DNA from: Verrucomicrobiota bacterium
Lineage (GTDB): Bacteria; Verrucomicrobiota; Verrucomicrobiia; Limisphaerales; AAA164-E04
Assembly: GCA_047947115.1 (NCBI GenBank)
Contig: CP170459.1
Coordinates: 512,001 to 576,000, forward strand
Length of the DNA stretch: 64,000 nt
Direction of reading: 5' to 3'
Within the stretch, counting starts at the first letter, position 1. Every line of letters begins with the position of its first letter. Shown here piece by piece: positions 8,546 through 18,808 of the stretch. Under the pieces are notes generated by a model. The model did not search any database. It was not told where the DNA came from and was given only the letters and a program-made list of their open reading frames with translations. A program made the position numbers and the translations under genes.

Positions 8546-10459
8546 ATGTCATTAAACGTCGAGGTACCGGACTTTTTATTGGAATTTGACCAGGGTCGAT
8601 TCAATCGATGCCACCGGAAAGTGGTAACCGATCTTCTTGCAGAGCGAACCCGGTCGGGGCATTGGGAAGGACACCTATCCAGCAGCGCTCTTTCCACTGC
8701 AACAGCCATCACCGCTCTGGCGCTTTTGGACAGGCACACGCCAGATCCCAAACTCCGTACAATCCGACTGCAACAGGCAGGACTCAAATGGCTGAACGAT
8801 CACGTGAACGAAGACGGAGGATGGGGCGACACAACGATCAGTTTCAGCAACATCAGCACCACTGCCTTGGTCTGGGCCGCTTTCGGAGCAGTGAAAGGCG
8901 CCTTGGAATCCTACCCGGATTTGATGCGCAATGCCGAAGCATGGTTGCGGGCCCATTCGGTTTCCTTATCGAGAGATGATTTGTCGGAAGCCATCACCAA
9001 ACGCTATGGCAAAGACAAAACTTTTTCGGTGCCCATTCTCACCATGTGCGCTTTGTCCGGACGCTTTGGCAAAGGGAAATCTGCATGGCAAACTGTTGGA
9101 CAACTTCCGTTCGAGCTCGCAGCTTTTCCGCCCAGCTGGTATGCCGCAATGAAGTTGCCGGTGGTGAGTTACGCCCTTCCTGCCCTGATCGCCATCGGAC
9201 AGGTCCGGCACCATTTTAAACCAACATGGAATCCGATCACCCGACTCTTCCGCCGTTTGACCCGAAGGATTACTCTCACACGACTGCTTGAGATCCAACC
9301 CTCCAGCGGAGGCTTCCTGGAAGCGACCCCTCTGACGAGTTTCGTGGTCATGAGCCTTGCTGGCTGCAGACTCCATGATCATCCGGTAGCAAAGGCGGGC
9401 AAAGCTTTTCTGGAAATATCCATGCGCAACGATGGCAGTTGGCCCATCGACACCAATTTAGCAACATGGGTCACCTCCCTATCCGTTCATGGACTGGGAA
9501 AACGAGGTCTGAAAACAGTGCCTGAGAAGGAGCAGAAAGCAATTGAATCATGGTTATTGAATCAACAATTCCAAATCCTTCACCCCTACACACAAGCCAG
9601 CCCCGGTGGTTGGGCATGGACCGACCTGCCCGGAGGGGTGCCAGATGCGGACGATACTCCGGGCGCACTGATCGCCCTGCATCGACTTAGCCAACATCCG
9701 GATTCCATTGCGGATCGGGCATGGATGGGAGTCCGATGGCTGATGGACTTACAAAATCGGGACGGGGGCATCCCTACTTTTTGCAAAGGCTGGGGAGCCT
9801 TACCCTTTGATCGCAGCAGCGCCGATCTAACGGCACATACCCTCAGAGCCTGGGTGATCTGGAAGCCCCACTTTGAAGATTCAAGACAACAAAGGGTGGA
9901 AAAAGCAACGGACAGAGCGGTTGCATATCTACTCGATCAACAATCTTCCGAAGGATCCTGGGTGCCACTGTGGTTTGGAAATCAGTATGTCCCGGATGAT
10001 CAAAACCCGGTCTACGGAACCACCAAAGTAATGGAAGGACTGCTGGCATTGGATCGAAAACGTATTGATACATGCAACACCGCGATCGAAAATGCGCTGC
10101 AATGGCTCTTGAGCCAGCAGAACAAAGATGGAGGATGGGGCGGAGGGCTCAATACCCCCTCGAGTGTGGAAGAAACCGCACTTGGTATTTCCGTCGTCGC
10201 AAAATCACTGCGATGCGCTTGCAGGCTGAAGGACGATTTGAAGCTATCAAGTCAGGCTGCTTTACGTCGTTCCTGCGAATGGTTGTTTGAGAGAATCGCA
10301 TCAGGTACCTACAAGAAAGTCTCACCCATCGGATTCTATTTTGCGAAACTATGGTATTGGGAATCCATGTATCCATTGGTCTACACGGGCGCCGCTTTGA
10401 ATGAAATAGATCAGTGGGTTGAGCAACTCACCCTCACACATTCATCTGAACCCGGGTAA
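8546..10459 (+). CDS. Squalene-hopene-cyclase-like triterpene cyclase (prenyltransferase/squalene oxidase repeats)
   Basis: QW repeats (NEDGGWG, QNRDGG, QSSEGSW, QNKDGGWG); catalytic PDADDT (DxDD). Confidence 0.8.
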   Translation: MSLNVEVPDFLLEFDQGRFNRCHRKVVTDLLAERTRSGHWEGHLSSSALSTATAITALALLDRHTPDPKLRTIRLQQAGLKWLNDHVNEDGGWGDTTISFSNISTTALVWAAFGAVKGALESYPDLMRNAEAWLRAHSVSLSRDDLSEAITKRYGKDKTFSVPILTMCALSGRFGKGKSAWQTVGQLPFELAAFPPSWYAAMKLPVVSYALPALIAIGQVRHHFKPTWNPITRLFRRLTRRITLTRLLEIQPSSGGFLEATPLTSFVVMSLAGCRLHDHPVAKAGKAFLEISMRNDGSWPIDTNLATWVTSLSVHGLGKRGLKTVPEKEQKAIESWLLNQQFQILHPYTQASPGGWAWTDLPGGVPDADDTPGALIALHRLSQHPDSIADRAWMGVRWLMDLQNRDGGIPTFCKGWGALPFDRSSADLTAHTLRAWVIWKPHFEDSRQQRVEKATDRAVAYLLDQQSSEGSWVPLWFGNQYVPDDQNPVYGTTKVMEGLLALDRKRIDTCNTAIENALQWLLSQQNKDGGWGGGLNTPSSVEETALGISVVAKSLRCACRLKDDLKLSSQAALRRSCEWLFERIASGTYKKVSPIGFYFAKLWYWESMYPLVYTGAALNEIDQWVEQLTLTHSSEPG

Positions 10460-10460
10460 A

Positions 10461-10760
10461 TCATACAAGAATCCAGCTGGCAAGGATCCCAATAGCGATC
10501 CCGACGCCCCCCAAGATGGATACCCATAATGGTTCCGTTTCCCCACACGAAGTTCGAGGACTGCCTGCCTCAGGCTTCCGGGACGGTCTCCGGGAACGAT
10601 GAAATTCTCGCCGCCCAAAATCGACGCCTGAAATAATACGTCGATCGTCATGCCTTTGCCGGCCGTTCTGTTCTGAATGCAACGATAGTGATACGCGGCG
10701 TGGGTAAATCGTTGTCATTTTTACGTGCTGCCATGGAAACGTGGTTGTTTGGTCATTCAT
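10461..10760 (-). CDS. Hypothetical small protein with C-terminal TM helix
   Basis: Fills the gap between the cyclase and the lipid kinase; ends PLWVSILGGVGIAIGILASWILV; start uncertain. Confidence 0.3.
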   Translation of the reverse strand: MNDQTTTFPWQHVKMTTIYPRRVSLSLHSEQNGRQRHDDRRIISGVDFGRREFHRSRRPSRKPEAGSPRTSCGETEPLWVSILGGVGIAIGILASWILV

Positions 10761-10830
10761 AACGCCCCCATCCTGCACCACACCCTTGGACATTTATGGT
10801 CCCATGGTCAAAAACAGGAGAAATATTTCT

Positions 10831-11739
10831 TCAGGGGACAATGACCGGCAGTTTAGTTTGCGAGACTTCGATTTGCGCGGGCAGGCATCCAACGACATCA
10901 CCTTCCAACTCGAAGGGAATGGGTCTTGAAGCGGAAAGGTCAAAACGAGTGGATTGTAAGTAAGTCACATCATGTCTGAGATGTAACCGATTCAAGCACA
11001 GTGCCATTCCTAATGCGGGCAATCGACTCCAATGCAATCGGTGAAACACCAAGGCATGCAGCAACCCATCGGTTAAACTTGCATTGGGAAACACTCGAAA
11101 GCGCCCACCATAAAAAGAACCGTTTCCTATCAGCACCATGGTTCCATTCACCTGCCTTCCCTCTCCTGTTCGGCATTGAATAAATGGCAGCTCCCGGCAA
11201 ATCACCTTTAACCCCGCCCAGACATAGGCAAGCGGCCCAAAAAGTTTCTTTAACTCCCAATCCACTGCCTGGATGGCAAGCGCATCCAAACCGGCTCCAC
11301 CCAACTGGGCGAAATAGCGCCTGCTCTTACCTCTGTGTTCATGATCAAACCGGACAAAAGGCAAATCGATCTCCTTGGTCTTGGATCGAATGAAAACCTC
11401 TCGACAAGATTCAAGGGAAACAGGCATCCGCAATTCTTTTGCAAACACATTGACCGTCCCCAAAGGAAGCACACCCAAACGAACTCTTTCCGGATAACTG
11501 GAGTCGCGCATTATTCCATTTAACACCTCCAAGACCGTCCCATCTCCACCGGCTGCGATGATTGTGGTATAACCATTCTGGACCGCTTGAGCGGCCAATC
11601 GCTCCCCATCCCCCGGTGCACGCGTTTCCAATATTTCGCCGATTGAATGCCATACCTGTCTGGATAACAAAAAGGAACGCGCCCGATCCCCTTTGGCAGA
11701 GGGATTCACAATGAAACAAGTTTTTGAAGGATGTGTCAT
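10831..11739 (-). CDS. Diacylglycerol-kinase-family (YegS/BmrU) lipid kinase
   Basis: IVNPSA, AAGGDGT, LPLGTVNVFA, GNGSFYGG. Confidence 0.9.
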   Translation of the reverse strand: MTHPSKTCFIVNPSAKGDRARSFLLSRQVWHSIGEILETRAPGDGERLAAQAVQNGYTTIIAAGGDGTVLEVLNGIMRDSSYPERVRLGVLPLGTVNVFAKELRMPVSLESCREVFIRSKTKEIDLPFVRFDHEHRGKSRRYFAQLGGAGLDALAIQAVDWELKKLFGPLAYVWAGLKVICRELPFIQCRTGEGRQVNGTMVLIGNGSFYGGRFRVFPNASLTDGLLHALVFHRLHWSRLPALGMALCLNRLHLRHDVTYLQSTRFDLSASRPIPFELEGDVVGCLPAQIEVSQTKLPVIVP

Positions 11740-11814
11740 GGATGGATCGGTATTAAATCTGGCCTTGGACGTTAAACGATTGAGCTTCGCATCAAGTTTG
11801 TTGATGATGAACCA

Positions 11815-14121
11815 ATGTCATCCAGCACTCAAGATCCATCCGCAAGGTCGAAACAACCGGTTTCCAAAAAAACCAGTAAGTTGAACACTCGGGCAATTAC
11901 CAACCTAATCATTCTTTCGCTCATGCTGGCGATTGCATGGGTAGCCAATTGCGATCGCCCCGCAAATTATATCCCAAAAAACGATTGGATGATTGAACCC
12001 GAAACATTCAAAACCACGTTTTCGGAGAATGCTGCAGATGCTACCATTCAACTTGAAAACGGTTTGATCCGCAGGGTATGGAAAATCGCACCGAATGCAG
12101 CCACCGTATCATTCGACAACCTCATGATAGGTGAAACGCTGCTTCGATCCGTTCGTCCGGAAGCAGAAATCACTTTCGATGAGATTCCCGTCGCCATCGG
12201 CGGCCTCTCCGGACAGCCAAACCATGCTTACTTAACCCCGGAATGGATCGATACCATGCGATCCTGGCCCGGCAGTTTTCAATTCACATATTTTGAACAG
12301 GGTATCCCCGAAGAAAGAATGGCATGGAAGCGCGTACGACACCACGCCCCCAACGCAACCTGGCCCCCCGAAGGTCGCTCATTGAAGATGCACTACAAAG
12401 CGCCTGATCAGCTGGAGGATGGAAACCCCACGCCAGACTGGATGAAAGAGCTTTCGGTCACCGTACACTACGAAATGTATGATGGCATTCCAGCCATGAG
12501 CAAATGGATTACGGTTAAGAACATCGGCAGCACACCCCACGACGTGGATCGCTTTCAAGCAGAAATTCTTGCCATCGTGCCATACGAAGATCCCGTTGAA
12601 TATAGAGAAGGAGTTTCCATACAACCACCTAATCTACACGTCGAAACGGATTATGCATTCGGAGGATTTACCATCAAAAACAGCACACGATTCAGTGTTC
12701 ATTGGCAACCCGATCCAATGTTCGATACCCAGGTCAACTACCTGAAACAAAATCCATGTCTCCTTAAAATGGGACCTCAAATGGGACCAGACCAGACGAT
12801 TGTTCCGGGAAGTACTTTCGAATCTTTCAGGTGCTTCATCATGCCGTTTGACACCACCGAGCGCTATCGGAAAGGGTTGGCTGTTCGCAAAATGTATCGA
12901 ACCATTGCCCCTTGGGTCACCGAAAACCCTTTAATTCTACATTTGACAACTTCAGACAATGACAAAGTCAAAACAGCCATTGATCAGGCAGCGGAGTGTG
13001 GATTCGAAATTGTAAACCTCAGCTTTGGCAGCGGATTGAACATGGAAAACAATGATCCAGAATATCTCGCACGGTTCAAATCATTGACAGATTATGCCAG
13101 GTCAAAGGGAATCGAAATGGGTGGCTATTCACTTCTTTCAAGCCGCCGCATCCAGCCGGATACAGACAACTGTATCCACCCGGAAACCGGCAAACCAGGG
13201 GGGCAAACCCACGGCTTTTGCCCGGCTCTTGCCTCGGAGTGGGGACAAAATTACTTCCAAAAACTAAGAACGTTTTTCGAGCAAACAGGATTCACCAAAT
13301 TCGTACATGACGGATCCTACCCCGGTGATCTGGACGCATCTTCACGTCCTCCATTCCAAAAAGGAGTAAGCGACAGTCGTTGGGTACAATGGAAAATGAT
13401 TTCGAGCTTTTACCAATGGATGCGAGGCAATGGCTATTATCTGCGCGTTCCCGATTATTACTACCTGAGCGGTGCAAATGAAGCAGGCATGGGATACCGT
13501 GAAGTCAACTGGTCCCTCCCCCGGGTCCAGCAACAAATCCACACCCGACAGAACATCTTCGACGGATCCATCCAAAAGACCCCGAGTATGGGGTGGATGT
13601 TCGTACCTCTTACCCAATACCATGGCGGCGGAGATGCGGCGACCATCGAGCCATTGAATAAACACTTGCCTCATTACGAAACCATGCTCGCATCGAATCT
13701 AGGGGCCGGCGTCCAGGCAGTCTACAGAGGTCACCGCCTGTTTGATACCGATCAGACACGTGATCGTGTAAAACATTGGGTCGACTGGTATAAGACCTAT
13801 CGTGACATCCTCGAAAGCGACATCATCCATACCTCATCCCGCCGCCCCGACGGCCAACAACCCGACTGGATATTCCACGCCAATCCCACACTGGAAAATC
13901 AAGGAATATGGATCGGGTTCAATCCGCTAAGCAAAACAATTACCGAACAACTGACGCTGAATCTTTACTACACCGGCATCACTGAAACCGCCATCATCCT
14001 ACCCGAAGGCAATCAAGAACAAGCCATCGAACTAAAAATCGACGCATTCAACCGCATCCACCTCCCCATAACCTGGAATCCCAACCAAACCCGCTGGTTC
14101 ACCATCAAGAATAAAGATTAA
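11815..14121 (+). CDS. Secreted glycoside hydrolase, alpha-galactosidase (GH27/36 clan)-like
   Basis: N-terminal TM/signal; IDQAAECGFE, SFGSG, HDGSYPGD, MGYREVNWSLPR. Confidence 0.65.
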   Translation: MSSSTQDPSARSKQPVSKKTSKLNTRAITNLIILSLMLAIAWVANCDRPANYIPKNDWMIEPETFKTTFSENAADATIQLENGLIRRVWKIAPNAATVSFDNLMIGETLLRSVRPEAEITFDEIPVAIGGLSGQPNHAYLTPEWIDTMRSWPGSFQFTYFEQGIPEERMAWKRVRHHAPNATWPPEGRSLKMHYKAPDQLEDGNPTPDWMKELSVTVHYEMYDGIPAMSKWITVKNIGSTPHDVDRFQAEILAIVPYEDPVEYREGVSIQPPNLHVETDYAFGGFTIKNSTRFSVHWQPDPMFDTQVNYLKQNPCLLKMGPQMGPDQTIVPGSTFESFRCFIMPFDTTERYRKGLAVRKMYRTIAPWVTENPLILHLTTSDNDKVKTAIDQAAECGFEIVNLSFGSGLNMENNDPEYLARFKSLTDYARSKGIEMGGYSLLSSRRIQPDTDNCIHPETGKPGGQTHGFCPALASEWGQNYFQKLRTFFEQTGFTKFVHDGSYPGDLDASSRPPFQKGVSDSRWVQWKMISSFYQWMRGNGYYLRVPDYYYLSGANEAGMGYREVNWSLPRVQQQIHTRQNIFDGSIQKTPSMGWMFVPLTQYHGGGDAATIEPLNKHLPHYETMLASNLGAGVQAVYRGHRLFDTDQTRDRVKHWVDWYKTYRDILESDIIHTSSRRPDGQQPDWIFHANPTLENQGIWIGFNPLSKTITEQLTLNLYYTGITETAIILPEGNQEQAIELKIDAFNRIHLPITWNPNQTRWFTIKNKD

Positions 14122-14259
14122 ACAATGAGTTCATTGAGATATCCTCTCAAACCAAAACACATCATAACCTAGATTTTCCATCCGGTATATCCTGTTCATC
14201 CTGTCTAAAAAATCTATTTTTAGTGGAAAAATCCCATAACTAGGGCATTTTGGAGACCT

Positions 14260-15204
14260 ATGTCACACATCTCTATAAAACCCGACTGGTGGATTTCAGA
14301 AAAAGAAGTGACCCCAGAAAGTGTCTACAACAATCGCCGACACTTTCTCAAACAAATGGGATTTACCGGTATGGGGATCTTGGGCGGACTCTCCATGAGC
14401 AAGACTTTGGGTGCAGAAGCGGATATCAAGAAAGCCACTTTTCCCTACAAAAGAAACCCGGACTTCAGTCCCGAATGGAAATTGACGGACCAAAACGTCG
14501 TTGAATCCTACAACAACTTCTACGAATTCACGACGACCAAATCACGTGTTCGACAAATGGTCGATCGCTTCGTCATTGATCCATGGAAAGTAGAAATATC
14601 CGGTTTGGTAGAAAACCCAAAGACAATGGACATGGACGAAATCTACAAAGCCTTTAACATGGAAGAAAGGGTTTATCGATTTAGATGCGTAGAAGCATGG
14701 TCCATGGTGGTTCCCTGGACTGGATTTCAACTATCTGACCTCGTTAAACTGGTCAAACCGAAATCAGAAGCCAAATTCGTCAAATTCACAACTTTCAATC
14801 GCCCCGACCAAGCCCCCGGCATGCGATTTGACGGATATCCCTGGCCGTACGTTGAGGGTTTAACCATGGAAGAAGCTCAACACCCATTGACACTCTTATC
14901 TACTGGCGTCTATGGAAAGGCGTTACCCAAACAAAATGGCGCTCCAATTCGTTTGGTAGTCCCCTGGAAATACGGATTCAAAAGCATCAAGTCGATAGAA
15001 AAAATAGAATTCACAGCAGAACAACCCAAGACCTTTTGGGAAGCCTTGTCACCAGAGGAATATCCATTTGAATCCAATGTAGATCCAAACGTTCCTCATC
15101 CCCGTTGGTCGCAAGCTTATGAACGCGTCGTTGATACGGGTTTAAGACGGAGAACGAGTATCTACAATGGCTATGAAGAACAAGTATCAGAACTATATCA
15201 GTAG
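14260..15204 (+). CDS. msrP: Protein-methionine-sulfoxide reductase catalytic subunit
   Basis: Tat-like NRRHFLK; YNNFYEF, RFRCVEAWSMV, QNGAPIRLVVPWKYGFKSIKSI, HPRWSQ. Confidence 0.92.
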   Translation: MSHISIKPDWWISEKEVTPESVYNNRRHFLKQMGFTGMGILGGLSMSKTLGAEADIKKATFPYKRNPDFSPEWKLTDQNVVESYNNFYEFTTTKSRVRQMVDRFVIDPWKVEISGLVENPKTMDMDEIYKAFNMEERVYRFRCVEAWSMVVPWTGFQLSDLVKLVKPKSEAKFVKFTTFNRPDQAPGMRFDGYPWPYVEGLTMEEAQHPLTLLSTGVYGKALPKQNGAPIRLVVPWKYGFKSIKSIEKIEFTAEQPKTFWEALSPEEYPFESNVDPNVPHPRWSQAYERVVDTGLRRRTSIYNGYEEQVSELYQ

Positions 15205-15487
15205 CCAATTATACAGCCATGTCTTCCAGTGAATGAGGAACTCTTAACCTCATCATTGTCTCAAGAAGATCTATAAAGCATTCTCTCTAAAATCTCATCC
15301 TTCTGGCATGTTGGGTGATTGGGCATTTTATCATACCAATCTTGATGTGAAGGTTTTTCCTTCACTCTAGCTAATTAAAGAATTCAACATGGTTCTGAAG
15401 CCCAAATCATTGAGATTTATTGAATTTTAAAACCAAGTCATTCTCATAGCTTTTAGTAATAAAAATTCAGCTTTGAACTGAGTACAT

Positions 15488-15517
15488 AAAAACACCCAAC
15501 TTTTCAGTTGGGTGTTT
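15488..15517 (-). terminator. Rho-independent terminator of the secreted repeat protein gene
   Basis: AAACACCCAACT / AGTTGGGTGTTT inverted repeat; T-tract on the minus strand. Confidence 0.8.
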
Positions 15518-15540
15518 GATAAATTCAGGATATTGAAAGC

Positions 15541-16596
15541 TTAATTGTATTCAGCGGCTTCCAGAAGAGCTTCTTCGATGGCTTCAATACGGCCTTCGGC
15601 ATCGGTACCCTGTTGGCCTGTCAGCACTTCAACATTGGCAGTATCAGGGAACTCAGTGTTTTCGTTCACTTCAACCACTGGTATAGGCAGTTGCTCAGCA
15701 ACAGGAACTTCAACAGTAGCTTTCTGAGTTGTTGCAACCCCACCAGACTTGGTAACTGTCACAGTCTCTTTGGAAACGACAGTCTCAACCACCGTGAAGC
15801 CAACGCCAGGAATAATTTGAATGGTGATTTTTTTCTTCTCAACAACCTTTTCGTAGGTTCCATCAGGGGAATTAGGATCGTTAGCCTGTTGCTGCAATTT
15901 CTTGGCTTCAATCTCAGCTTGCTTGTCTAGTTGAGACTGTAGACCATCAACGAGTTTCTGTTGCAAAACAGGATCTTGAGCAATGATCTTACTGAGAGTT
16001 TCTTTTCTCACCAAAATCGTCCCGACTGCATTGCCCTCTTGCGCAAGAGCCGCGCTGATCATACGAAGATAATTGTTGGCGGTGGACTGTCTTTCCACGC
16101 TAGCCTGCACGGAAGAAGATTGGCTAGGAACAACCAATGAAATCCAAGTTGCCACGTTAGCTTGGCTTGCGGGATAGGCTTTCACCATGGATGCTGCGAT
16201 GTCGGCTGCATAGGCAGGAGCACTCGCGGCGGCGGCTTTAACAATCGCGCTACCATATTGAGGTACGATGGCCAGTGCCAAGGTTGAAATCTGTCCGGCG
16301 CTCTCGGGTGAAGCTTTTGCAAGTGAAGCTACCAATTGGATCGCCAACTGGGGGCGCTGTTCGAGCACGCTCTTCAGAATAGCTTTGGCAGTTTCCACCT
16401 TGGCTTCCTTGGAAGCTGCTTTCATCAGCTCGGAGGCTCTCACAGGAATTTCAACAGCTGGAAGCTCGCTGAGAGATGCCTGAATGGCTGCGACGTTGAT
16501 TTTTGCGGGAGCTGCAATGCCTGTATCTTTAGCATGCGCGGATACCGCCAACAGTAAGGCTGCTACGACAACACTTGTTTTCATCTTGCTTAACAT
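15541..16596 (-). CDS. Secreted Ala-rich protein with 15-residue Pro-spaced helical repeats
   Basis: Signal peptide MKTSVVVAALLLAVSAHA; ATG 16596 follows AGGAAAAGAT; periodic P-x14 repeats. Confidence 0.75.
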   Translation of the reverse strand: MLSKMKTSVVVAALLLAVSAHAKDTGIAAPAKINVAAIQASLSELPAVEIPVRASELMKAASKEAKVETAKAILKSVLEQRPQLAIQLVASLAKASPESAGQISTLALAIVPQYGSAIVKAAAASAPAYAADIAASMVKAYPASQANVATWISLVVPSQSSSVQASVERQSTANNYLRMISAALAQEGNAVGTILVRKETLSKIIAQDPVLQQKLVDGLQSQLDKQAEIEAKKLQQQANDPNSPDGTYEKVVEKKKITIQIIPGVGFTVVETVVSKETVTVTKSGGVATTQKATVEVPVAEQLPIPVVEVNENTEFPDTANVEVLTGQQGTDAEGRIEAIEEALLEAAEYN

Positions 16597-16881
16597 ATCT
16601 TTTCCTAATTTATTCCCATTCACCTGAGTTACTTCTAAACTTTCGCACCGATTTGTCAACAAAAAACTGTCGGCAGGTTACCTCACTACATCAGACTAGA
16701 ACACACTCGATCTATGCTGATTCTGGGTTGGTCCTCCTGGTGCTGGCTTTATTTACCACCAGACCGATTATTGCTGCAAGTTTTTTTTACTTCTTTTTTT
16801 TAAGATCCGTATCGTACTCGATCTTCTTGTTTTTTAAACCAATTAAAATTCAGTTTCCACAATGGAATAGCTTCGTAGAAA

Positions 16882-17913
16882 TCATGCTCCCATGCCATCT
16901 TCAAAAGAACCGCCTGCAACAGGAAAAACCAAATGATCTTTCACATAGCGGATCCCATTGGCACTCGTTGCGTCCAGATCACGATAGGCGCTTTCGGCTT
17001 CGACCACCAGCGGGGCGGTCTGCCGGCCCATGTGCTGACAGTAGCGCTGTGGGTAGCCTATATGAACCATCAATTCGGCATAACGCGTCATGTTCAAATC
17101 TCCGGTAGGAAGATCGGTGAACTGCATCGCACGACCGCCCCAGTTTGGCTCCATCATGCGCAAAGGAAGGTTTTTGCGGATCACAAAGTTTTTGACGTGG
17201 CATCCATAAACACGACTCCCCACTTTCATGAAACGGGTCTCCCAGTCCTCACCCTCCCAGCAATGAGAAGGATCCGCGTTTACACCCAGACACGGATCGT
17301 CATCACAAATTTTCACCAGCATGTTGAAGTCGTCAGCACACATGGCAGCCGTGCCAGGATGGATTTCGTGGGCCAAATTAATACCCAGCGAGTTGGCGTG
17401 CTGGCGAATTTTCGCGGTTTTGTTTACGAATCGCTCCTGACCCTCCTTGACCAAGTCGAAATCCGCACCCGCCCAGAACCCCCAAGGGTAACCTGATGCC
17501 AACTCCCAGCCAAACGCGACACCCCAGAACATGGGAAGGATCTTTATGTTCAATTCAACAGCCAGATCCATCAGTCCCAAAAGATAATCTTCTGCCCACT
17601 TCTCAATGCTTTCGGGCGATTTTTTAGCGACATCTTCTGGAATGAAGGGTCGAATGGATGGAGTTCCAGTCCATGCGCTGGTGTGCACCCATGCGGGGCA
17701 ATGGCAGGAGATGCCGTCCAAAGACATGCCACGAGATTCGAACGCAGCCAAAATCTCGCTGGCGGGACGGAATCCGTTTTCACCCTGCAACATGTAGTTG
17801 GAAGGCTGCACACCATCGGCTCCGGCGGCCTTGGCGTAATCTAAAAACTGTTCAAGGGTCTTAGCCCCATGTTGGGCACCCTCCACACTAGCATGGAAAC
17901 AAACATTTGCCAT
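16882..17913 (-). CDS. Sugar phosphate isomerase/epimerase (xylose-isomerase-like TIM barrel)
   Basis: AHEIHP, NADPSH, CHVKNF, VVEAE metal ligands. Confidence 0.85.
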   Translation of the reverse strand: MANVCFHASVEGAQHGAKTLEQFLDYAKAAGADGVQPSNYMLQGENGFRPASEILAAFESRGMSLDGISCHCPAWVHTSAWTGTPSIRPFIPEDVAKKSPESIEKWAEDYLLGLMDLAVELNIKILPMFWGVAFGWELASGYPWGFWAGADFDLVKEGQERFVNKTAKIRQHANSLGINLAHEIHPGTAAMCADDFNMLVKICDDDPCLGVNADPSHCWEGEDWETRFMKVGSRVYGCHVKNFVIRKNLPLRMMEPNWGGRAMQFTDLPTGDLNMTRYAELMVHIGYPQRYCQHMGRQTAPLVVEAESAYRDLDATSANGIRYVKDHLVFPVAGGSFEDGMGA

Positions 17914-18082
17914 AATTGAATCTGAATATTGGTACGGATTTAAGGCGAGATGTAAAGACCATATTCCATTTCGGCGAAATCGCCAGCGTACTCCTATCGC
18001 ACTTTACATTCGAAAAATTGCAGGCAATGTCTGAGGAAGCTCACTTTCAAGGAGCTGAAAATTTACTAAACCAGGTGCTGTC

Positions 18083-18799
18083 ATGCCAAAAAATGTCGTA
18101 GAAATGGAAATCGATGAGGTAACCATGGAGTTGCCTGATACCAAAACCCTGCGCCTCAAATGGCCCGAGGGTTATGAAACGGACTTCAAGACAGGGCAAT
18201 TCATAACACTCTATTGGCCGGACACACCCAAATACAAAAGAGCTTACTCTCTTTCATCCTGCGCTCTCGACACAGGTTTTTTTGAAGTCACAATCAAAAG
18301 AGACGGAAAAATGGGCACACGCATAGTGGACTGGGCCGAAAAAGGAAGTAAACTTTTTGTCATCCCTCCAGTAGGTCGATTTCTTCCTGTGTTGGAACCT
18401 GAAAAGCACTTAGTATGCATCGCAGGCGGTTCAGGCGTAACACCTTTTCGAGGCTTTGCCAGGGAGGCGACCTTGCGCAAACTGGAAACAAAAATAACCA
18501 TTCTCTACAGCGTCCGAACAACTGAAGACATCATTTTCAACGACGAGTTTCGCGAACTGGAACAGAAGAATCCTCATTTCAAATTTAACGTCACCTGCAC
18601 CCGATTAAGCGATTCCGATCCATGGCCGGGAAGACGGGGCCGCATCGGTGCGGATTGGGTCAAGGAACAGATCTCGAACATAAATGACACGATTTTCTAC
18701 GCTTGCGGACCGAATGCTCTGGTTGATAACGCCGAAAGGTTGGTTTTGGAAGAATTGCAATGCCCCAAAGAGCAGCTGAAGCTGGAAAAATGGGGCTGA
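18083..18799 (+). CDS. FAD-binding oxidoreductase (ferredoxin-NADP reductase family)
   Basis: GQF, RAYSLSS, IAGGSGVTPF, YACGP, C-terminal EKWG. Confidence 0.9.
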   Translation: MPKNVVEMEIDEVTMELPDTKTLRLKWPEGYETDFKTGQFITLYWPDTPKYKRAYSLSSCALDTGFFEVTIKRDGKMGTRIVDWAEKGSKLFVIPPVGRFLPVLEPEKHLVCIAGGSGVTPFRGFAREATLRKLETKITILYSVRTTEDIIFNDEFRELEQKNPHFKFNVTCTRLSDSDPWPGRRGRIGADWVKEQISNINDTIFYACGPNALVDNAERLVLEELQCPKEQLKLEKWG

Positions 18800-18808
18800 C
18801 CTCACAAC

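Noticed and set aside
16575..17108. 177-aa plus-strand ORF
   Set aside because: Crosses poly-T promoter DNA and overlaps two real genes in antisense
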